This document shows, one piece after another, positions 54,201 through 64,000 of a stretch of 64,000 nt of DNA (within the stretch, counting starts at the first letter, position 1; the number at the start of each line of letters is the position of its first letter). Location: positions 496,001-560,000 of the forward strand of contig JAQGDQ010002372.1 of assembly GCA_030141605.1 (NCBI GenBank), given 5' to 3'. The stretch comes from Tubiluchus corallicola (taxonomy: Eukaryota; Animalia; Priapulida). Made by a program: the position numbers and the translations under genes. The notes beneath the pieces were generated by a model. It was given only the letters and a program-made list of their open reading frames with translations. It had not been told where the DNA came from and did no database searches.

Positions 54201-57200
54201 GTTGGTCACCACAATCAGACAATTACATGAGCTTGTCTCGTGTTTAGAAGAGCACCTGCCACATTTTGCTGGTTCTTTGCACCGTTTGGCGATGTGACCA
54301 AATTCTTGGCATTTGTAACACCGCAATGGATTGCGTTTTTGTACAAACGTTTCTACACCGCAGATCATCTGACCAATCGCTATCCTGTTAGTGGAACCAC
54401 ATTCGCAACCTCCTTATAACAAATCCTTGCTTTGAGGTTATTAATCTATAGTGCCAAGAAAGCTAATAGAAAACTGTATAACTTTTTGTTGACTTTCAAA
54501 AAGCGTATGGACAACGTTAAAAGAGGTGTTCTAATTAAAGTACTAAAACAATACGGTTTGTTGCAAAACGATGTTGAAAGCAAATCGTGCGTATGTAACT
54601 CAGGGTATTTTAGGAAACAAAACTTTTTGTTCAAATTGTGCCGTGAAACAGGGTTCACCCAGCTCATGTACCCTTTGTATTTACGCAAATCCACTAGTGC
54701 GCACGTTAAAAGCTCTAGGGCAAGATGGTTGGTAGCTCACTATATTTATTTGCGGTCTGTGATTACAGCTGATGCTAAGATGAGCTCTGTAGTTGCAAAT
54801 CGCTTAGAGGTCAAGCAATCCCATGTACTTAAGTTTCGCACATTCACAGATAAAAATAAAGATTACCCTTTTTGGGTCAAGAAAAAAGTTTTAGATTCTG
54901 CCCTACTAGCAGGTGTTTTTACAGCAGTGAAACCGGGAATTACGAAAATATATCAGCTCAGTCACAAACCATTAATGCAATGTTTCCACATCGCAAGAAA
55001 TGTTAACTCAAACCTAGCAAAGTATCTTGCCAATTAACCAGCCGGCTGTCACATAGATTATTTTATCTAGTGATCCCGAAAAATTGATAGATACAACTAG
55101 AGCTAGTGCCTCATCAAAGAGGATGACGTATAAACAATTAAATCCCACCCTAAAGCCACCTATGATTCCATGCAATATTGTCGAAAAATTTTATAATGTA
55201 AATTTATTTTTATTATTAACGTTGTTAAAATATTGCGTTTATATAGATCATGTATGTGGAATATTACTTCACATGCATGGTTCTTTAGTGTAGGGAAAAC
55301 GCATGCGGTTTGCTTGCGAGCGCATGATGTTCAACCCTGTGCGAAACTATACTAACGTTTTTTACGGCTTTCAATTCTTTAGCATAGCGGATACGCCGTT
55401 GGTTTAGGTACAGACACAGGCATACGCAGTAAACAAATCGGAATCACTATCACTTGGAGAAGGAGAGGAACCGTGGCTTTATGAACAAGACACATTTAAA
55501 TAAAACATCTTTTTGCAGAATATCATATACGCACTGTTTTCTGTTTTGATGAAAAATACTTTCTAATACATTCATTTCTATTAAGCTACTTTTGGTATTC
55601 ATTAGTGCCACAAACTGCGATGAATTTCTCGTTACTTCCCAACTGACTAGATTAACTTTTTTAACAAACTGCTTTGGCTCTATGCTTTAAGTTTTACAGT
55701 TACTATCGAATCTGTTTTTTCGGAATTAGTTATTAAAGTTACAATCATTTAAATCTATCCTTTTTTCTCATCCGATTCTTTTCATATATATATAAACAGC
55801 GAACTGCATGTCTACCATCAACAATTCATTTTCATCTTCAACTTTGCATCATTTTTTCAATTTTAGCAAGTGCATGTACATGTAGAAGACAGAAATGAGC
55901 AATGTCGAGCTAAGGAATTCAATGATGTACGTTATACTGTATACTTCTAGCGGCCAAGTGCAATTACTTTGGCACAAGACCGTTCGAGCGGGCAAGAACA
56001 GACGCCAGGCAAGGTAAAATTTTACTCATGCCTAATTAAATTTTGATAGGCCTACAACGACGTGTTATCAGTTTAACATAATCACGTAACAGTTGTTTGG
56101 TAATTTCGTTAACAAAGCGAATGTCAGAACGCATACCTGTGCAAACATTTTGCTAAGATAATACGTGTCAAGCCTATAGTCACCATTAAAGTGTTCTCTC
56201 ATAATTATTAGACTCTCCTCGCAAAATACCTGAAAAATAGGTCAATTTTATGACGGCATCTTAGCAAAAAAGGTCCAAGTTAACCAAGTCATAAGGTGTA
56301 ATGTTAAAGTGGTAATAGTGTTTTTATCATACAGTCTGATTTTAAAGTTGTAATATTTCGTATACCAAAGTTAAGGAACGCTGCTTCTGGCGGTTTTTGA
56401 TTAAGACGTCCCTGAAATTCACTCTTTCATCTCAGATGAATTATCCTTAGTATACGCAACGTTGCTTTCCTGCCATAAGTAGTGTCAAAACAAGTATGCC
56501 CTATTAGCAAGTGCTCGCAGCGTACCTTACTATATAAACATAAACAAACTTGCAAATATGATACAAGTTATATTGTTAAAGCTAACGCAAGGCCTATACG
56601 CAACTATTTCGTTAAAGTAAAATATTTTCTATGAAACTGTGAAACAGCAAACATCTACTTGCCAGGAGAATTGAAAACATGTTCTGCATTAGAGTCATCA
56701 TGACCAAGAGAAGTACAAAACCGGAAATGTTTTGAATGGCTTCCTGATTTAATTTCTGTTGCAAGTACATCATTCCAACCATCACCGCATTTACCTGAAA
56801 AATTTGTGTTAAAACCGTTTTCATAAATAAATATTGTCTATAATTTATTAATATATCTAAACGAGAGTATACACTAGACCTGAGCTACTAAACGTACCTC
56901 TTATGAAATTTATTATGTTTCCTTTACAAGTTTAATTTGTCATATCTCAATTATCTGCAAAATTTTGTTTTTTGTTTGCTTATAATGGATAAAGCTCAGT
57001 AATAAACTCTACGACTACAACAAATAACCGAAATCAGTTCTGACACAGCAAAGTGGCGTCATCTGTAGAAAGTTTAGGTGAAATAATCGGTCCTGAAAAT
57101 AATTATAAGTCTGGTTGCATTCCTTGTTTAGACACTATATGAGCTTAGTTTAGCTTTTCGTAGTAATCCTACACTTTTGATTTGATTTGACAGGTAGAAT

Positions 57201-60200
57201 GTGACGGTGTAACTACATGTAGCATGTGATTGTGATCAACAGGGAAAGTCTGAAATTTCACTCCAATGACGTTTGTTTAGACTATCGGACATCTCTGTAA
57301 TGACTGAATGACATTCAGAGTTGTCATTCTTGATGTCATCCTGTCCTAGCAAGCGTCGCGCGTCTAGACCATCGCTTTTCCTGATGGAAAACAAAACTAA
57401 TCAACAAAAGCACTGTGGCCACATTAAGAAACAGACTTTTGATTGGGTAAATATCTCATCACAAAGCGCGTCACTCAAGAATTATACAATTTGAATTCAT
57501 CAGTATCGCATAAAGCGGTCATTCACGCGTGCACAGACTACCAGGAAAGCTTGCCACTCACTTTCACAACTAATCATCGGGTATACCCTACAATCTAAAC
57601 GGACATTAATTACCCATAATACTCACAAATAACACTTCAACATGCAGAAACTAGCGCTTCCTAATTACTGTTGTTCGAATAAAATCCAAAGTAAAGACAG
57701 TTTAAATATTCTACTCCTATAATTTATATGACAAAAAAAATTATAGTTGAAACCAATATTAAGCAGACCATAATTAAGCAGACTTACAATAGTTTGAATT
57801 ACAGTAATTTTAACAGCCTGTGGATCTCGAATCTCAGTGGTAAATGATCTTTGTGTGAGCGCCATCAGCTGCTTTAGCCAACTTGCTTTGTACCTGGGCA
57901 GTCAAAGGATATAATTTGTATGTGAAATATGCCAAAAGTTTTAACCTAATAAAACAAAGATTAAGACTTAATCGTAGATACTAATTGACGTTTTTATTCT
58001 TTCCTCAAAAGCATACATTAGAGAATGTATTGATGTTTTATTAGTGTTTAAGACAATAAATGTCAACCCTAATAAAATACTATTTATTATTAACTAGGTG
58101 TAAGACACATACTAGGATGGAAAATTAAATTAAGTCACTAATTATAATTAAGCTTTCATGTTTCAAATAACAATATACTTACGGCGATCCATAAACCAAC
58201 AGTTCACCAAACTGAAAAAACAAAATAAAATTGTATATGTACGAAAACATATAGTTACAAAAATATGAGTTTACTCTAGTCTATATTACATATTTGTTTA
58301 AGTGTAGTTGCTTCAGTTTAAGTGCAATAATTAAGAATAACTAAGAATTCTTACGTCATAGAGTTGCTTGTTCTCGTTGTCCTCCTTAATCACTTGTTTT
58401 ATTACTCCACGTTCTGCTGATATCTCAAATGCGTCGCAGATTTTCTAAAAAATGTCCACACTCTTTACCATTCTTTGACTGATAGGCGCTTTTAGATTGA
58501 TCACGTTATATGCCATAAGCAAATTTTAAACTTGGGAAAGGGATTTTTTATGGTTATCGTGGTATTTAGACTTAGTTCGTAAACCATTTTAGCTGGACAC
58601 CAAACTTTTAAAACATTACAAAGCTACACACAACTATGTGGAAGTTAATGACAAATTTCAAATCGGTCAGTGATAAAATTATAGAATTTATAAAATTACG
58701 CCAAGGATAATCAGAAAGATGCCCAAAAATTTGGCGTTTCGAACCGAGGGCTCTCCAGTAATTAAGCTGTATAGTAATTAGGAGTTTAGTAATGAAAAGA
58801 AAGTTGCACGATTTTGCCACTGACAGCCGAAGAACTCTTCACGGGTTATAGCGATTACAAATTATAGTTCTTAATTATCTTAACTATCAATCCTGGTAAA
58901 TTTTTACACCCGTTTAATTTTTTTTACTCCTCATCCCTTTGCATAACCACGTTTATACTTCCATCAGAAATACACGAACCTCAATTTTATCTCTGCATTG
59001 CGTTTCTTTTGCCGGAATGACGGCTAGAATGTCCACATAATAGTCTGCAGGGTTGAATTTTGGGGGGCATCTCAAATTCAGACTATCAAAATATCCATGA
59101 AGAGCTTTCGTTGAACCCAAATATGCTACTCTGCCTTCTGCCATCAACAGCAGCCTGAAAACCGTAAACACCGTAACTTGAATGCAACATTATTCCTTCA
59201 TAACCTTCATTATCAGGAATCCAAAATAATAAAGGAATGGAATGTGTTTTTTGCTTTACGGGTTACCATCTGGTTTTTTAGCTGTGACTATTGCTAGTTG
59301 ATAACTTAATTAAAGTCACTTGAATTTTCAAGTGATGTTATGTAGTTTTATGGTTGTTAGAGGCTGAATAAAACCATGTAGCCAAATGTTGCAATTTTCA
59401 ATACAAATGTTTTCAAAACTAGTTTGGGCACCTTTTACCCTTCGTTATTCTCGAGCAAATCTGAAGTATGTGTACTTCGCATCCAAATCAACACATTTTA
59501 GAAAACCAAAAATCCATAAGCAAAACAAATTCATTTGGTAGTCTGGATAGGCAAAACTGGTACAATAAAGAAATCTATAACAGTCGTACTTTACCTGTCA
59601 AACATAGCGTACAATTCCGACGCAGGCTGATGTATGGTACACAGAATAGTTCGTCCTTTACTAGCCATGTCTTTCATGACCATGACAACATTTTGTGCCA
59701 TAAAAGAATCTAAGCCAGAAGTCGGTTCGTCACAAAACATTAACTTTGGGTCTGTTAACACCTAGTAATTAGAAAAAAGCTTAAATAAATTATGATTCAA
59801 CAGACGATGCCTCTAGATAGAGTTTAGTTTTGAGACGGCCATAGCCTTCGCTCTATTAGTATAGGAATACAATATTATCATAACTGATCAGCGACTGTAA
59901 CTCATATATTGAAAAATGCTGAGCGTGAGTTACAGTTTAAGCTTGCCATGTGGGTATATGAAGACAAACGTTGGATGCAAACAAGCAAAAATGTGTACAA
60001 TCTCATCTTATCTCAATTCTCTAATCTCCTATCTCTAATAAAAACACTGTTGGAATTTCAAGTTCCTAGTTCCTTTGGGTCACGGCTACTTTTGCCAACA
60101 TCCGAAAAGCTCTAACTGCAAATTGGATGTTCAAGTTGGTTTAAAAAAAGAGCTAAAGATTTGGCTAGTTTTGGTGGTATTGAACTCTTTAAAAATGCTT

Positions 60201-63200
60201 GATTATTGTTACTAAACTTAGAACATTCATTTGGTGCTAACAGAAAAGGGGATTTTCGTATATGTTTAAATACTATTTTTGTTCTTCCCCAGCATGTAAT
60301 GGCAACAAAATTGAGTTTTTATATAAAGGGTATGAACGGAATCCTATACATAAGAAAGCGTGAATAGGAATTTATACCTTCTAATATGTAGAACTCTGGG
60401 AATTCCCCTTTCTACAGGAATTTAATTTTTATTCCAATTCCATTCATTTTTCCACAAAAGGTATTCTCATAGGAATTCCACCGAATACCCATACATAAGA
60501 AATTAAAGTTAAGCATGCATGCTTTAAATAAGAGCGTACGTACTTCACACGCAAACGCGAGACGTTTTTTCTCTCCTCCTGAAATGCCTTTCATTCTGCC
60601 AGGAATACCAATCAGCGTATTCTCGCATGACTTGAGACTAAACTGCAATATTTAATGAAATCGCTTTAGTTCATGTTCTGGCTTGAAACATACATAAAAT
60701 TTTCACTTTTCAGACCTTTTAGTTTTTTTATTTCATAGTTAGTATCATCGTAACTGAATAAGATGCTCAGATGACTATAAAATTAATATTAATTGCTGCA
60801 GTTTTTTAAAAGTAGCAGTATAAAAATTTTATAGTACTTCAAAAGTTTTTACGGGAAATCAGAGTTTCGCTTGAGAGAAAACTAGAGTTTCAAGCTGCTG
60901 TAATTTGCCTACTTTAAAACAAATAGAATTTTGTTCATATGTTGCGTGGAATTTTTTTGCACATGATAGCTTAAAAACGACATCTACTTTATTAGCCTTT
61001 TCTCCAAAATTTAGCAATTAAATGTAATAAATATTCGTTACTTCAATCAACGCCTCTTCTACTTTTTCCATACGCTGTTGGTAAGATAACTTTTCATCCA
61101 TCCTTAAAAGAGCCTATAAATTGAAGAAATGTTTATTAAAACCAGCCAATCATTCTACGTATTCTCCCAACTTTGCTTTTAAAATAGCAGAACAGAAAAG
61201 TTTTAAAATTCGGACTGTTATATCTTTGAGTTTTCTGTTGCTCACGTGAATTTTAAGGATTCACGGTGGTAAATGAAACGTCTGCTATAATACATTACAT
61301 ATAAAATGTACGGAGGAGGAAGATCAAGAGGTTGAGTAACACGAATGTGTGTGAATGAGTCTGTACTTCAATAAATAGGACCTTAGGTTCAACCTTGAAT
61401 GTTATTGAGTTACCCATTCGGCGAAAGCAGCTGGATTTTATCACTAGAAATGCACGAAATAAATTGGTTTAGTTCAATTTTGACTATTATCGCGTTTACT
61501 CATTTTTCTCGAAAGCACCTGAATTTTATTACTTGTAATGCAACTAATTTGCTGCTGCTTCAAACTCAGCAGCTTGGTCAGTCAGAGGGCATCATTTGCG
61601 ATAAATTTTAAATAATAAATACAACTAACGTTTTATTTTAATCATTACTATTGAGCGAGTAAGGTTTCCAATCTACTTAGGTAAATTGCCTACATATAGT
61701 ATTCTATTCTGTCTACCGCAACTAACACATGATGAGAGTACTATTGTTGTTTTAGTTATGTAGACAAGCTGAGTAACTGTTTTCAAGTGATTAAGCTTGT
61801 TTTCAGAAAAAAGTATCAAAAAGTAGGCCTACCTGAAACTTTAAATGTTCTCTCACGGTAAGCATACCAAGAAAGAGATCGTCTTGCTGGACATAGGCTG
61901 AAATAGATCGTATGCCAGGTCCAAGAAAATGGCCATTTATTTTCACCGTACCATGCAGAGTAAACGCACTAGTGTGCCTGTGCGTAAGCACATTTAATAG
62001 TGTACTTTTCCCAGAACCACTGAAATTTAGATTTACACTTATTTATTACATCTTAATGCAAAGAACAATACACATTTAATTTAGTCTAATACACATTTAC
62101 ATTTAACATGTAACATGTGATTATGTACCATGTGCAATAAAACAAAATAATAGCGACAGTATTATATCGACAATCGGATTGCCCGTCCCACTACCACGCG
62201 TGACGAGTAGCACAACTGTTTATATTTACGAAGTATGGATTCGCAGTAGCCAACTAATCCGACTTTAAGGATGCAGCTCCCGATATCGCGTACGAAACAA
62301 TAGAAGCTAAGCTACTGATGATTGTTGGCAATACAATAAAAATCAATTTACAATTATTATATTCACATTAGGCAAAAAGACTGAAGCTCTATTTATTTGT
62401 AAATTTACAATTAAATAAAAACCACTTGCAAATTTAGTTAATAACTGTATTATAAGTCCAACACTTGAAAATTTTTAGTTGATTTGTTGCAAATTCTAAT
62501 AAAATTACATTATCGTCAACAGATAGATCTCTGTAAGTTTTACTCTTCTTAAATTGAATTATTCATCTGTGCATAGGCTTATAACTTTGGTGAAGTATTA
62601 TTCATATATGATTATACCTTGAAGACCACGATGACGACGACGACAAAATGATGATGATGTCAAGTGATGACGAAGATAATAACGATGATGATGTCGGTGA
62701 CAACAATGATAACGACAATGACGACAATGTTTTGACAGGGATGATGAAGAGATGAAGACAGTAACAGCGATGATTACTTTGAAAAAAACTGCAATCATAA
62801 AGAAAATGATAAAGATTACCTGGCTCCCATAATGGCTAGCAGAGTTCCACCTTCTACATATCCAGTAACTATAACATGATAATACTACGTTTCATAAACT
62901 TGACTGTACAGTTTGTTAATTTTACGCCCTCACATTCTGTTTAAGTAGATATCTGTTTGGTTTAGATTATGTTTATGAAAATTGTGTTGTCAATTTACGT
63001 ATGTAGTTTAATTGGTCAAATTCGTTATATCATCTTTCAAAGAATTACTAATTTATTTTTTATTTTAACGCACTAATAAATTAGGTTAATAGTACTGTTT
63101 TAAATTTTTAGGCACCTGACAATGCTGTCGAAATGTTGTGTTCAAACCTTAGTTACTAGTAAAAGCATTTAGTAATGGGGTTTTACATACTTAAGTATTG

Positions 63201-63597
63201 TGGTGTAATCTTGCGGTTTTAAGCAAACTATTCGCACTAATTTCTCTCCTTTCAAACATAAACTTAACAGAAATAATCGTGTTCGCTACACTGTTTTGCT
63301 TATTCAATTATTGCTTCACATTGCTTTTCATCTAAGGAAGAATAATTGTCTATAAAAATGAAGAGCTACATTTGGTTGGTAGCTGAAAAGCATCAATTAT
63401 GGTGCTGTGATAAGAAGAAAGAAAACTCACTGTCATTCTTGTCCTACATAAATAAACTTACACAAAATAAACATCAAAACAATAATACCATTTCGAAGAA
63501 CATGCTTCGCGTGTGTCCGTTTTCGTTGGTAACCCATATTTGAGTTGTGACTTTCATGATGTGTCCATACATTTATTTCCTCCCAAGTTAAGGTAAT
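48175..63597 (-). CDS. White-like ABCG half-transporter; 18 coding exons, 607 aa reconstructed, 5' end unresolved
   Basis: Exons (minus): 63489-63597, 62820-62868, 61833-62019, 61042-61113, 60544-60642, 59595-59761, 58980-59154, 58355-58444, 58183-58211, 57788-57893, 56663-56794, 56137-56229, 51338-51395, 50698-50775, 49831-49936, 49042-49142, 48860-48930, 48175-48276. All phases are compatible. Motifs: Walker A GASGSGKS, Q-loop AYVQQDDLF, signature [14 protein letters not shown], Walker B/D-loop [14 protein letters not shown]-loop TIHQP, then a C-terminal TMD. These are white/scarlet-type motifs. Confidence 0.93.
48860..48930 (-). CDS. ABCG exon
   Basis: (A)[27 protein letters not shown] flanked. 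Confidence 0.85.
49042..49142 (-). CDS. ABCG exon
   Basis: [33 protein letters not shown]. Confidence 0.9.
49831..49936 (-). CDS. ABCG exon
   Basis: [34 protein letters not shown]. Confidence 0.88.
50698..50775 (-). CDS. ABCG exon
   Basis: [26 protein letters not shown]. Confidence 0.85.
51338..51395 (-). CDS. ABCG exon
   Basis: [20 protein letters not shown]. Confidence 0.88.
51900..54390 (-). mobile_element. Degraded I/Jockey-group LINE in an ABCG intron (ORF1 zinc knuckles, APE endonuclease, RT core deleted, C-terminal region)
   Basis: ORF1 [15 protein letters not shown]...CGRCSSKH (CCHC). ORF2 CQVNINCFS...DIIALQE, YSKP, GDVNA, IDL, then KAAGYD. The sequence then jumps to LKTAVG...CGIPPLDI and a C-terminal ...TPKHFDCP. 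Many stops and frameshifts. Confidence 0.85.
54420..55170 (+). mobile_element. Degraded LINE RT fragment (different family, opposite strand)
   Basis: [28 protein letters not shown] resembles D..KAFD.V.R..L...L...G, and YIYLRSVIT resembles YxYLG. Internally deleted. Confidence 0.65.
56137..56229 (-). CDS. ABCG exon
   Basis: [31 protein letters not shown]. Confidence 0.9.
56663..56794 (-). CDS. ABCG exon (followed by a GC donor)
   Basis: [44 protein letters not shown]|GCAAGT. Confidence 0.85.
57788..57893 (-). CDS. ABCG exon
   Basis: [35 protein letters not shown]. Confidence 0.9.
58183..58211 (-). CDS. ABCG 29-nt micro-exon
   Basis: ttttttcag|FGELLVYGS(P)|gtaagt; needed to reconcile phase 0 with phase 2. 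Confidence 0.75.
58355..58444 (-). CDS. ABCG exon
   Basis: [30 protein letters not shown]. Confidence 0.85.
58980..59154 (-). CDS. ABCG exon
   Basis: [13 protein letters not shown]...[16 protein letters not shown]. Confidence 0.93.
59595..59761 (-). CDS. ABCG exon (Walker B, H-loop)
   Basis: [26 protein letters not shown]...[20 protein letters not shown]. Confidence 0.95.
60544..60642 (-). CDS. ABCG exon (ABC signature)
   Basis: [33 protein letters not shown]. Confidence 0.95.
61042..61113 (-). CDS. ABCG exon
   Basis: [24 protein letters not shown]. Confidence 0.9.
61833..62019 (-). CDS. ABCG exon (Walker A end, Q-loop)
   Basis: [11 protein letters not shown]...[23 protein letters not shown]. 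Confidence 0.95.
62625..62760. repeat. Degenerate (GAT/GAC)n trinucleotide tract in an ABCG intron
   Basis: Directly visible. Confidence 0.75.
62820..62868 (-). CDS. ABCG exon (Walker A start)
   Basis: (V)[15 protein letters not shown](S). Confidence 0.9.
63489..63597 (-). CDS. ABCG exon (N-terminal)
   Basis: ctttttcag|[11 protein letters not shown]...KHVLRN(V)|gtatta; typical ABCG 'LTW..I.V' start of the NBD. Confidence 0.8.
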
Positions 63598-64000
63598 CTG
63601 AAAAAGTTGGACGTCGGATTAAGAGTGCACAAAATGAAACGTAACTAACTGACACGAAAAGGGCCGGTTTATGAAATGTACGTAGTTTGTACTACTGTGC
63701 CTAGTTTGTGTTAGGTTTGAAGCCCCAAACACTGCAGCATTTCCTGCATTTCATCCACTCGGAAAGCTTCTTCTACAACTGATAATAATTTTGCTTATCA
63801 CTCCTAAAGTCCTCTATCTCTCTGAAGGTTTAGCTTACTTAACTGAAAAGCTAGGCGATTGTAACTAACATATTTTTAGGGATGCCATTAATAGCCTCAA
63901 AAAGAATTTTTGTAGAGGCCATTGTGGCTAATTAGCTAACCGGCAAATCGTTTCTAGCAGCAGATTTTTTATCTATTATCATCAACCTGCTATTAGACTA

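Noticed and set aside
63682-63778. Candidate upstream ABCG exon
   Set aside because: The frame needed to join the next exon contains a TGA and no ATG after it; the 5' end is left unresolved.

Overview
AT-rich, intron-containing animal (probably invertebrate) genomic DNA; nothing prokaryotic and no CRISPR array. Two host genes converge tail-to-tail. (1) A + strand 3-coding-exon class A GPCR of prostanoid-receptor (EP4-like) type (24250-41855, 632 aa by my splice model, 14.8-kb intron in TM6). It has degenerate ligand/activation motifs and a ~320-aa tyrosine-motif-rich tail ending in a PDZ-type motif. (2) A - strand white/ABCG half-transporter (18 coding exons reconstructed, 48175-63597, 5' end unresolved) with a GC-AG intron and a 29-nt micro-exon. 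The rest is mobile-element debris: several LINE fragments, a hAT-like element with a perfect 8-bp TSD enclosing a Gypsy gag fragment, a decayed Gypsy pol with a 3' LTR that folds into a long hairpin, a DINE-1/HINE-like (Helentron-associated) element carrying a 30-unit 47-bp satellite, a MITE, a 122-bp triplication and microsatellites. All calls were made by eye, without database searches. I see no convincing wholly new system; the best candidates for novelty are the GPCR architecture and the composite mobile elements.
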